Assembly (NCBI RefSeq): GCF_000743755.1
Contig: NW_014569510.1
Span: forward strand, 1-51,456
Direction of reading: 5' to 3'
DNA length: 51,456 nt
From: Blastocystis sp. subtype 4
Lineage: Eukaryota
The notes under the pieces are model-generated. The model was not told the DNA's origin and searched no databases. It saw only the letters and a program-made list of their open reading frames with translations. The translations under genes were made by a program, and so were the position numbers. Shown here one piece after another: positions 1-10,163 of the stretch (position 1 is the first letter of the stretch; each line of letters begins with the position of its first letter).

Positions 1-171
1 ACCTATTTGGCTGCTTCATTCCACGATATGTGAGTGAGAAAGAGAGGATTAATTGATAGCATGCCTGAAGGAACAGAAGAGGATTTAGTGACAATTCTAG
101 CAGTAAAAGGAGCAACCAAACAAGAGAAGACAGAGTGTATAGATGAGTTTAGAGAGAAAAGTGAAATCTGA
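1..171 (+). CDS. VPS53: 3' end of a probable VPS53 (GARP/EARP subunit), truncated by the window edge
   Basis: Removing a 30-nt GT-AG intron (30-59) gives ...YLAASFHDIMPEGTEEDLVTILAVKGATKQEKTECIDEFREKSEI*, resembling the Vps53 C-terminus (IL-x-x-KG). TGTTTGTT follows at 186-193. Confidence 0.55.
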
Positions 172-272
172 TGCTTGCTGATAAATGTTTGTTTGTATTG
201 TTTAGCAACAGGGATTGTCAAACGCGTTAACGCAATCATTCGAAGAATTCATTCTTCAAATTTCAAGTCCAT

Positions 273-1272
273 ATGAGTAAGGAATCCTGTAAGAATCTAT
301 TTTTCTATTCAATTCTAGCTGGATATTCATGGTCTTCATTTCTGTATAGTATCCGCAGCGATCTAGAAGAACTCAAGTCATCTGTGAGTGAAGGAGCCAA
401 TGAATTGATGACAATTGTTCGCGATGCCATACCGGATAGTACACCAACCCAATCAGAAGAAACGACAAAAGAAGAACAGCAGATTGATGAAAATCAAAGG
501 CTTGCTACTAGTCCTATCGGATCTCACCTCAATACCGAAAACAATGAAGAATCCTTGTCATCCCGCTTTTCTGGGTTTTTGTCTTCTACTATCAACAAGA
601 CAAGGCAAGTGATTCAGGAAGTATTAGAAGAAACAAGTACAGATACCAAGGACATGTAGTCAAGATATGGATTCTTCATTATAGAGATGAAAAAGATGAA
701 AACGAGATTTTTAGAGTAATGCATACAACAGAATCCACATATTCAACAATCACTCCTGAAGAAGAAGTAGCGTATTCGAATTGGTTAAATCAGCGAGATA
801 AGGTTTATCTACACAGCCTTAAGTTACAACTAATAAAAGATCATCCCATCATTCAGGTGATGTATCGTCGCTTGGTTCCGAATGTTGTTTCAGATACATC
901 TTTCTGGAATAATTACTTCTTCCATATGGAGCAGAATGGTTATGACTTTTCTCAACGACAGGAATTGGAACCTGTGTCCTCTCCAGTTATTGAAAAGAAA
1001 GAAGTCGAAACATTGAATGCACGTAGATGGTGTATAATCGAGTTTATTAATAGAGGAGTTAGAAGTCATTAAGGAAGGATGGTCGGATGTTGATCTAAAT
1101 GACGATCTGGAGCCGGAAGGTAGCAGATGTGATGAAAGGATGATTGGTAGCTAGTGAAGCCTTAGAGGAAGCAATTAAGGATGTTGGTGGAGTGGTAGAT
1201 AATGATGACGATGTAACCATTATTCAAGTTATTTCCTATAGATACATGATGAAGATTGGGGTGATTGGGAGT
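273..1272 (+). CDS. BSD-domain protein; stop probably completed by polyadenylation
   Basis: Introns 289-318 and 656-684, plus three more short ones, join the ORFs. BSD motif YRRLVPNVVSDTSFWNNYFFH. Acidic end ...EDWGDWE, then T1272-ATTT-TGTTTTTT; a read-through TGA lies at 1284-1286. Confidence 0.75.
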
Positions 1273-1321
1273 ATTTTGTTTTTTGAAAACAATAACAATA
1301 TTAGTTTTCACAAAAACTAGT

Positions 1322-1731
1322 CTATTCTTCAGCCTCCTCCTTATCATCCTCCTTGTCTTCCTTCTCGTCATCTTCCTCACCTTCCTTCTTCTCAGGAAGC
1401 AGTTCAGAATGTACGAAAGGCATCACACCTCCAGAAGCAATTGTGACGTTTCCAAGAAGAGCATTCAACTCCTCATCGTTACGAACAGCCAACTGAATAT
1501 GACGAGGAATCACACGGTTCTTCTTTCCCTCCTGAGCCACGTTTCCAGCCAACTCCAGAATTTCAGCAGTCAAGTATTCAAGAACAGCAGCCAGATATAC
1601 AGGAGCGCCAGCACCAATACGGTCAGCGACTCTCATATCACGCATGTAACGAGCAATATTCCAGCACGAGAACTTCGGCTCTGGGTCTTTCCTTCACTCT
1701 TTCCACGTCCACCTTTTCCTTTTCCAGCCAT
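1322..1731 (-). pseudogene. H2A: Histone H2A with a frameshifting ~19-nt deletion (pseudogene, defective allele or assembly error) and an acidic C-terminal tail
   Basis: ATG1731 gives [24 protein letters not shown], then the frame breaks. The rest ([39 protein letters not shown]...) is in another frame, and xFPVGR is absent at 1657/1658. Confidence 0.8.
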
Positions 1732-1804
1732 TATAGATTAATACAAAGAAATACTGCTCCGTCAATAAGTTTGATTCAATACCCATTTGGAAGCTTTTGA
1801 TTGA

Positions 1805-1906
1805 CCAATGATGCAGTGTAAGAAAGGATGATTGGACTAGAAAAATACACACAATATCGAATTAACCAATCCAGTATCGTATTTCAATATATCTCACAAT
1901 GATTGG
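1805..1906. promoter_or_regulatory. Bidirectional H2A/H2B promoter with four CCAAT boxes
   Basis: CCAAT 1805-1809, ATTGG 1831-1835, CCAAT 1866-1870 and ATTGG 1902-1906 lie between the divergent histone genes. Confidence 0.6.
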
Positions 1907-1970
1907 TTTATCATAATCCTGCCGCGCTTTGGCTTCTTTGAAAGGAAAAGTGTCAAAAACTATTTCAATC

Positions 1971-2312
1971 ATGTCTGAAAACGAGAAGGTTCCTGTGGAA
2001 AATGCTGATGATAAGAAGAAGAGAAGAACTACTAAGGTTGATTCTTATGCCACCTACATCTACAAGGTGTTGAAGCAAGTGCATCCTGATCGTGGTATTT
2101 CCAAGAGAGGAATGGCTGTAATGAACTCGTTTGTTTCTGATATCTTCGAGCGAATTGTGACTGAAGCTGGTCATTTGGCTCGTGTGAATCACAAGAGTAC
2201 TGTGGGAACAAGAGAGATCCAGACTGCTGTGCGTCTGATTCTTCCTGGTGAACTCTCCAAGCACGCTATCTCTGAGGGAACCAAGGCTGTGACCAAGTTC
2301 CGTGGAGAATAA
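1971..2312 (+). CDS. H2B: Histone H2B
   Basis: Intronless. [54 protein letters not shown]. Confidence 0.97.
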   Translation: MSENEKVPVENADDKKKRRTTKVDSYATYIYKVLKQVHPDRGISKRGMAVMNSFVSDIFERIVTEAGHLARVNHKSTVGTREIQTAVRLILPGELSKHAISEGTKAVTKFRGE

Positions 2313-2319
2313 GGATACT

Positions 2320-2335
2320 GGTGTTTTTCAATACC
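2320..2335 (+). promoter_or_regulatory. Histone 3' stem-loop
   Basis: GGTGTT-TTTC-AATACC: 6-bp stem with a GG/CC base and a TTTC loop, 7 nt after the H2B stop. Confidence 0.65.
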
Positions 2336-2365
2336 ATCTAGAGTCTGTTTGTTAAAAGAAAGCTG

Positions 2366-3064
2366 TCAACACTTTAAAACTTCAATTCCATTCTTGGAGA
2401 CAATCTTGGTAATATAGTGATGTTCATTCATTGGGAATCGATTCTTCATCTCATCCATGCAGCGATTACTCAATTCAATTGCTTCTTCACGAGTCATATC
2501 CTTCTACTCATAACGTATACGACATAAAACCTACCTTCCACAGTCTGTCAAACAGTGAAAGCAAGATATAGGAGGGATATCCATGAGAACAGTAGTTCAT
2601 CTTCTGCATTGTTCCAAGATAATCAATGAAATATATGGAAGGAGTAGTATCGTCCACTCCACCCAAAATAAGATTCACTTGATAAGGTTGGTGACGAAGG
2701 AAGTATGCCATCTATCGTAATCAAGAAAAACAAGTCCTTACAGAGTTTCTGAAAGAATGAGCAGTAGCATCCATATCCGTTTCTCGTTCATTTCGAAATT
2801 TGTAAAGGTTGAAGTTTCCAACTAGATAGTCTTGTAGCTGCTTTCTATCACCATTTTCTCCTGAGCATCCAAGAATCTTCGTGGAACTCACTTCCACAAT
2901 CTACATGACTAATGACACCTTATTTCCTGTACGCGATCTTCTGTTTGTGTTAGAGTAACAATGCTCGGTTGTACACTACTACTTGCACATACAAGCGCGA
3001 AACTACATCTCATCTTCCCATTTCTACTCTACTCAGAGCCAACAAAGCCAAAAACAATATCCAT
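2366..3064 (-). CDS. PSMB2: 20S proteasome subunit beta-4 (PSMB2/Pre1)
   Basis: Spliced: MDIVFGFVGSDFALV...CSGENGDR...PYQVNLILGGVD...IDYLGT...HGY...RFPMN...KIVSKNGI; four short introns. Confidence 0.9.
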
Positions 3065-3175
3065 GATCGTAACTACAGAAACTTCCTGTACCTTTGAATG
3101 AAGAATGTCAAGAAGAAAGCGAGATAGCGGTTATTCGAAGAAACTGGCGGGGATACGAATAACAAACATCACAAA

Positions 3176-4724
3176 CTAATAACCATATCCATATGCTTGA
3201 GGTGGTTGAGCATAACCAGTGGCTTGCTGGAGATAACCAGTTGGTTGTTGACCATAACCTGTAGATTGTTGACCATAGCCTGCAGGTTGTTGAGTATAAC
3301 CAGCAGGTTGTTGACCATAAGCCATGGACTGACCATATCCTTGAGCCTGCTGACCATAATCGTAGTATGATGCCTGACCCCATTGTGCCTGCTGCGTCTG
3401 CTGCTGTGTATCTACAAGTCACTCCCATCTCCAACTCTCACTCAACACCTTTCCTGCACCCAGATCGTCCATAAACGATATATACTCGTCATTCATACGC
3501 TTGTACTCCATAATTCGACGTTTATCATTACGATTTGGACAGTCACGAGCAATGTGTCCAGAATCACCACAAATCTCACATTTAATATCCTCATTACCAA
3601 AGTCCTCTACGAATTAGATACCTTCAGCAATCCTACGAGGTCGATTCGGACACTTGAACTGATCATGTCCAGTCATGCCACAATACGGACAACGAGCGTC
3701 TGTATCATGCAGTCCGTTCAAAAGAGCCAGCTGCCGCATCTGCTTTTGTTTGTGGATATTCTTGTCATCATCCATGGGAATCAATAGTTGCTTAATCGTT
3801 TCAACAGCACGAGCAACATCATCTTCATTGGTTCCATCAATCATTACATGAGGATCATCGTCTTGGCCAATCAAATCATAATTACTCTTTCCCTCACGAC
3901 CAGTACCACGACCTCGAATCACGATCTTGCAATGTGTTGACTGCTCCAAACTACGATGTGTACTGCCTCGGGGTCCAATAATAAGACCCAAGAAATTGTA
4001 ATTTGGATATTCCTTGATGGGGAAATAGATCTTGGCTTGACACTTGGCTTTCGGTTGAATTGCCTTTAGAATGGGATTTAATTTGACAATCTCTTCCATA
4101 ATTTCAGCCCGCTCCTCTTCATATCGTTTACGCATACGGATAGCTCGTGTATTTGTACGTGTACCCATTTTATCGTATTCTGGTGGAGGGGACGGAGAAC
4201 GATTCGGATCATTGGAGATACGCTCGGCATCCTCCTCCACCGTTTCAATCTTGTTCGTAATTTCCTGCATCTTCATTCGCAACTCAATGATTTGCAACTC
4301 CTCAATCGAAATTACGGAAGCGGCAATGGCAACAGGCAAACCAGGATCCACTTCTCTCTCGTCCTGGTCCCAACGACTCAATGCTATACGTTTCTTTGCT
4401 TCTCCCCATCGGTCTTCTCGTTTTCTTCGACGATCTGCCTTAAGTTCTTGCTTTTCCTTTTCCTTCATATATATCTTTTTTACTTCGTTCCAATTTTCCC
4501 ATTCCTTCAAATCTTGCCAGAACATAGGAAAACGACCATATCTAGAAGAAATCAACAATAACACCATAGACTACTTTGATTTTAATTCCTTGTTATCATT
4601 ATACCATTTCTTCATCTCCTTATGGTTTAGTTGCATGAAGGACTCTTCTTCCATCGATGCTTCGACTTGGACACTTCCACTTTGATCTTCATCTTACATC
4701 TTTCTAAGCAACCATACCTGTCAT
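3176..4724 (-). CDS. SF1: Splicing factor 1 / branchpoint-bridging protein
   Basis: [17 protein letters not shown] domain [14 protein letters not shown]2 [13 protein letters not shown], two CCHC zinc knuckles and a GYGQQ-repeat tail. Start exon is tentative. Confidence 0.92.
3179..3360 (-). repeat. Coding 21-nt tandem repeat (GYGQQPA-like heptads) in the SF1 C-terminus
   Basis: Degenerate GGTTATGGTCAACAACC units. Confidence 0.7.
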
Positions 4725-4809
4725 CAACTATGCAGAAATTGATTGATTGTGTGAGAATCAACACCATTGCGCCATCCTATTCCTTAAGCCCAAAAATGGG
4801 ATTTGTGAA

Positions 4810-4817
4810 AACAAACA
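4810..4817 (-). terminator. TGTTTGTT cleavage/polyadenylation element (representative copy)
   Basis: Perfect copies found by eye at gene 3' ends. Plus strand: 186, 2346, 16619, 20348, 25713, 26974, 29779, 30198, 33480, 40514, 47460. Minus strand: 3161, 4810, 6792, 10152, 36148, 41179, 47514 (leftmost coordinates). Confidence 0.85.
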
Positions 4818-4821
4818 GAAA

Positions 4822-6747
4822 ACGAACTTCTTACGGTCTCCATATCACGCAAAACAGAAGCAACACTTGTAGCGGGAATAATAGAATACTCCGTGACAAT
4901 GCCTGAAATCAAGGAAGCTGGAACCAAATCATAGGATAAATTAATCAGTTGCAAACTAAAGAAGAAACTCCTTTCATGTCCTACTTTTCTTTCTTTTCAT
5001 GTCCCTCCAACACCCATTTCTCTTTGCTCGGCGATATCGAGAGAGAAGGAAGAAGTGCAGGTCTAAAAGAATTGGAGTCATTCAACTCGTTCTTCGCAAT
5101 ACTATCTAGCTGTACAGAACGCGAGAATTTGTAGGAGTCAGCAACAACGAGTAATGGAATGTGATACGTTTTGCATGTCGTAGCAACAATAGCCTATAAT
5201 CAATCATCTCTTCCACTCCTACCGTGCCAATATCGGCAACAGCCGAGCCATTGGCCAACATCGCAGAAGCCGATACAATAGCTTTTGTGGTTGTTTCCAT
5301 GATAAATGGAAGCGCATTCAGAGGTGCCAGTGTGCAGGGAACATGGTGCTGGACGAGCTTGCGAAGCATATTCTCATTATTCTGTTTCGGTCGACCACCA
5401 ACGACAACCACACGGAATTGACGGAAAGGTTTCTGCAATGCAGCTCCTACAAGTGCCTCCGTGATTCGTTCTGATTCACCAAACGTGAGGATCACATCAT
5501 CCTGTTCAATCTGGTGAATCAAACACTCTACAATACTCTTCTTCTTGGACTCCAGGAACTTTCCCCAGTCATTGAGTCGATTCATGACTCGATTATGAAT
5601 ATCCTGAGCTGTCTCCAGGCGGCAGTTCCGGCCATCACACACAAATGAAATGGTGGTTTTGATTTCATTGTACAGACGCTCCATTGGTACCGAAGGAGCT
5701 CGCACATTCCGGATATATTCATAGTTCATAGCCACACAGGTGCTGATACGGTTCTGGTACTACATGTGAATCTCATTGTCCTTCCTTACTGACACGCTAT
5801 CCTCCTCAGGAAGCACCGGAATACTCTTTACCAACTCCTTCATTGCTAGAAGAAGATATTCGGCACGACGATTTGCCCCGCAAATATCTCGGTTGCCGAT
5901 CAACAAGCCGAGTTGGAGAAATAAAGGATGAATTCCTATCTGGCCATCGGTCGCCGATGGTCTGAAGCAACCCACAGATGGAGAAAGGGATTGAGAAGTG
6001 ACAGGAGTGTAGATGGAGTTACTGAAGAGTCTGTAAAGAAGTTGTTGGGATTGTTGTGGTTGCTGCGATAGAGGTCGCGGATGCTCTTGTGGTTGAGGTT
6101 GCCGTTGTTGTTCTTGCAATGCTCGCTTCTGTTCCTGTGATACTCGTTTCTGTCCCTGTGGTACTTGTTTCTGTCCTTGTAATAGAGGCTTGGAATTTGG
6201 TTGAGAAGTTATTTTTGTTTCTCCGATATTCTACTCACTCACAAACAACACACACATCTTTACTTCTGGTATAGGAACAGGATTCTTAGGAGATACCGAA
6301 CTGCCAGATACTTCCTTCTTCTGAGCCTCTGCAACTTTTGCGGCTTTTGCAGCCTTCTTAGCACGACGTAAAGCCTGCTTCTCTTCCTGAGTCAGATTCT
6401 TGTTTGCTTCCTGCTGAGCTCGAATTTCTATACATCACAGATAAAATCATTGGCTACCTTCTTTCGTTAATGCATGTTCCAAGTGAACCTCATTGACCTG
6501 CTTTATCGGCGCAGTGGGAACGACTTCAACTACCTCCTCTTTCTGTTCCTTGGCAGCCAACTTCTCTTGCACCTTGGCCAATTTTGCCATCTTCTTAGCT
6601 TTTCGCAAAGCCTGCTTTTCTTCTTGACTCAGCCCTTTATTTGCCTCTTGCTGAGCTCGAATAGCTAGAGTTTAGATCACATTGACACCAATCACCTTGC
6701 TTTTGCTGTTCCTTATCGTTAACTTGTCCCGGCCGATTCTGGTCCAT
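4822..6747 (-). CDS. EIF2B4: Translation initiation factor eIF2B subunit delta; stop completed by polyadenylation
   Basis: IHPLFLQLGL, ICGANRR, DVILTFG, FRVVVVGGRP, MLANG..GT, and C-terminal LINLSYDLVPASLISGIVTEYSIIPATSV. The frame reaches T4822-TTTC-TGTTTGTT. Confidence 0.88.
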
Positions 6748-6820
6748 GCTCTGAAGTAAAAGGATAACGACAAAAAAACACTGAAAATCAGAACAAACAA
6801 GTCAAACAATAAACGAACCA

Positions 6821-8955
6821 TTACTCCATTCTTCTCTTTACACTTTCTACATACTCGTCAGTACAGAAGCAAGGACTTTTCACAACAGCATAGTATTGGC
6901 AAGTCGAAGGCTCACTTAGACTACGAATCTCCTCTCGTGCTCCACACTCAAAGTCAACTACCAACTTCCGCTGAATCCCGTTCCAGCAAGTTGTTCCCCC
7001 AATATACTCTATGGTACGATTCATAGCATAGTCACGATTCATATCCAAAGACCACGATCCCAACTTTGTATTGTCCTGTTTTGCCTCGCCCAAAATACAA
7101 AGTGAATACGAGTACTGTCCAAAGGAAGAGGTGATACATTGACCCTTCTGACTGAGAAGACACGATGTGACTGGTGGATACTGCTTCAGTCCTTCTTCCG
7201 TAGAAGCCTGCAGAGAATCAAGTTCCGACTGTAGAGTATAAAGCTTAGAGCGAATGGTCTTCATAAGGCGCGTTTCCACACTTGATATTGCATTCTTACC
7301 AGAGATAAAATGATAATGATAGAACACATCAGATGTACGATAAGCAACTTTCATGATATGAGAGAGAGGAGAATCATAAGGCATGATTGTGTACGGATGT
7401 AACATCTGCAAGGTCTCATCTAGAGGAGTAGAAGGCTGTTTCACTAAAGATGAGAAAAGAGAGGAAAGAATACGATTCGAATGGTGTAGGAAGGAATAGA
7501 AGGATCGAAATGGAAGGGTGATTAGTCCCACACAATTGGTGATTGCCATGTTAATACTCTAGGATGAATGGAGAGAAGAAGAGATACATCCGTGTATGTG
7601 GTATTTCGTGGAGTAGTAAGATAAGAAGCATTGTATTGTAGAGGTAGTTCAAGATAGTCACGTAATTCAATTGATCCCTTCAGTCCTTGGAAATGAATAG
7701 GAGCTTTAAGGACATCATTCACATATTCTTTCTAGTTGTAAGTGAAATGGAGAAGAAAAACATTGATTTCAAGAGGATGAGAATGACGAACAGGAAAATC
7801 GATAGTAAACTTGTTTTGAGAATCAATTTCAATGTCATATTCTTCAGATTTCTTGCTAGGATTAGGATTATCATAGACATCATCATAGGTGTCATCATAA
7901 TCATCATCATAAGGTTCATTGTACGCGTCATCATAGTTATCATCATAATGGTCGTCATAACTCTCATCATAATCGTCTGGATACATTTCATCCTCCTGAT
8001 TCATATCTCTTTCCACGGGTTCATTAACAGGCTCATCTTGTGATCTAATATCTTCCTCTGAAACACTATCATATTCATCAGTACCATCCTCTCCTGTATT
8101 CTCCTCTCCTTTACTTCCTTCCATATTTACCTCCCCTTTACTTCCTTCCATATTCTCCTCTCCTTCTATTCTCTCCTCATCACTTCCATTCTCCACTACC
8201 ACATTCTCAACCTCTTCTTCAACCTGTCCCAAAAAGGACACATCCACATATGGTTTCTCCATTAATTCCATCTCTGGAATCGTCCCTGTTCGCAGAATGA
8301 ACCGATTACGATACAATGAATACTTCTTATCGATCAATGAACTCACCTGAGCATGACTGTTCACCTTCTTCAACAATGCTTGAAGTTCACGTTTAGCAAT
8401 ACGAATCTCCTTGAGTGTGGAGGCAATCTCATCATCTCCATTCGAATTCGATTCAACATATCGTTTCATAAGTTCATTTCCTTTTGTAGCCTCAATGTAT
8501 TCCTCTTCAACAAGGAGCAGACGAACCTTTTTCAACTCCTACAAGTCAAATTATCAGTCCAAAACAACAGAACAAGTATCGGCACAAACACCCTCTTTTT
8601 CATCACTTCCGTCACAACAATCACAAATCTACATCGCAAATCCTAAACAAACGATACTCCATCATTCACACGAGAAGAATAGATAGATATGGGACGATCG
8701 TCCTTGTTTTTGCAAGTGAACATAGTCGTCGATAAAAAAGAACAAGCAGAAGTAAGATCCTCATCAACACCATCTACGTCACAATCACAGTAATCATCAT
8801 TGATCATAGATGGTGTCAACTCGATCTGGCGACCATGAGAGTCAGTACATGTGGTTGCATGACCAGACACCAGAGCGATACAATCTAAAACAATAAACGA
8901 CTCAACAACAAAATTCACATAGAGAGGTGAGAGCAAACGCAACAATGAACTTCAT
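6821..8955 (-). CDS. PRKCSH: Glucosidase II beta subunit-like protein (PRKCSH / 80K-H)
   Basis: Signal peptide MKFIVAFALTSLYCIALVSG; INDDYCDC..DE..TSAC; SSRVNDGICDCCDGSDE; acidic linker; MRH domain GGTTCWNG..R...CG....EPSTCQY. No C-terminal HDEL. Confidence 0.9.
8101..8160 (-). repeat. 27-nt coding tandem duplication (NMEGSKGE x2)
   Basis: cctttacttccttccatatt at 8108-8127 and 8135-8154. Confidence 0.8.
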
Positions 8956-9128
8956 CAGAAGAAAACCATGTCACTATTAAGAAAAGCATAACTCACAAGA
9001 AGAATTCACGGTTTGGTATCAAAGTTAGAAAACCACAGAATCACTTTTCTTCTACCATACGAGTCAGTGTGAGAGATATGTTCAGGTTTTCATGTAGTCT
9101 AGACTACTCTGTCTCAAAGGGCGCTGAA

Positions 9129-10118
9129 ATGACGATGGTGTGTCGAGGATGTGGAAGTAGCGATTTCATCGATGACAACCATACAGGAGACCGTGTCTGC
9201 ACTTCTTGTGGTCAAGTTCAGATGCAAAATATGCTTTCGGAGGAACCGGAGTGGAGAACATATAAGGAGGATGGTAATACCTTTTCGGATTCTGGTAATA
9301 ATATAGGAAATGCCGAAGATGATGCTCGAGTGAATACATACACAGAAAGCATTCTTCCTGAAACGGGACTATCTACAGACTTTTTACTTGATGGAAGAAA
9401 TGTGGATTCTCGAACAAGCAATCTACTTCGAAGTATGGAGAATCTCCAGGAACAACGTCAATCTCGAAAACTTTTGACAGTCCACTCCATAATGCAAGAA
9501 GCGGCAAATGAGTTGGATCTCACTGTAGGTGTAGTCAGCTGTGCTTTTAGTCTCTATTCGCAGTGTTATTCGTTGATGCATATTCGTGGGAAGCGCTCCG
9601 AAGTGATTGTCTCTTCCTGCTTGTATCTTGCTTGTCGACTGTGCAGTTCATATCGATTGTTAAGTGAGATCTGCGATGTTGTGCTGGCAGATCTTCGGAA
9701 AGTCACGCGACTCTCGCAGGTGATAATCTCCGAGTTAAAGCTTAACATTCCCATTCCCACGGAAGAGGACTACATCCGACGCTATTGTGGTGTTTTGGTA
9801 CTCCCACGGGAATGCTCGGAAATGGCATTAAAGCTGATAGCGGCTGTGAAAGAAGGTGATTATCCGAATACGCATGGTTCGGCTTTGAATGCAGTTGCTG
9901 TACTAATGGCTACTCGATTATGTGATGTGGAGTCTCCTCCCTCTCTCGCAACTGTAGCTTTGATTGCAAGCAAGTCCCAGCAAAGCATGCTCCGTCTCTA
10001 TAAGGCTGTGTACACTAACTGTGATGCTATTTTGGTGTCAGCCTATAAGGATCAACCACGAATGACATCCAAAGTAATTCTTAAGTTAGTACAAAAGTTG
10101 GATCCCAAGTTCCTGTGA
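9129..10118 (+). CDS. TFIIB: Transcription initiation factor TFIIB family protein
   Basis: Zn ribbon CRGC...GDRVCTSCG, B-reader EWR, cyclin folds (CLYLACR..R.L.EI; YIRRYCG.L.L). Intronless. Confidence 0.85.
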   Translation: MTMVCRGCGSSDFIDDNHTGDRVCTSCGQVQMQNMLSEEPEWRTYKEDGNTFSDSGNNIGNAEDDARVNTYTESILPETGLSTDFLLDGRNVDSRTSNLLRSMENLQEQRQSRKLLTVHSIMQEAANELDLTVGVVSCAFSLYSQCYSLMHIRGKRSEVIVSSCLYLACRLCSSYRLLSEICDVVLADLRKVTRLSQVIISELKLNIPIPTEEDYIRRYCGVLVLPRECSEMALKLIAAVKEGDYPNTHGSALNAVAVLMATRLCDVESPPSLATVALIASKSQQSMLRLYKAVYTNCDAILVSAYKDQPRMTSKVILKLVQKLDPKFL

Positions 10119-10163
10119 GTTTAGTGTATTCTATCTGTTTATGTATGTTATAACAAACATGGT

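Noticed and set aside
3..239. Minus-strand 78-aa ORF
   Set aside because: Shadow of the plus-strand VPS53-like last exon, which has an intron and a poly(A) motif.
1680..1706. 17- or 26-nt GT-AG intron that would restore the H2A frame
   Set aside because: It would destroy the conserved SRSSRAG, still not supply FPVGR, and is shorter than typical introns here.
9129..10118. Intronless TFIIB as a retrocopy or archaeal TFB
   Set aside because: Other native genes here have long intron-free exons, and no diagnostic feature was seen.
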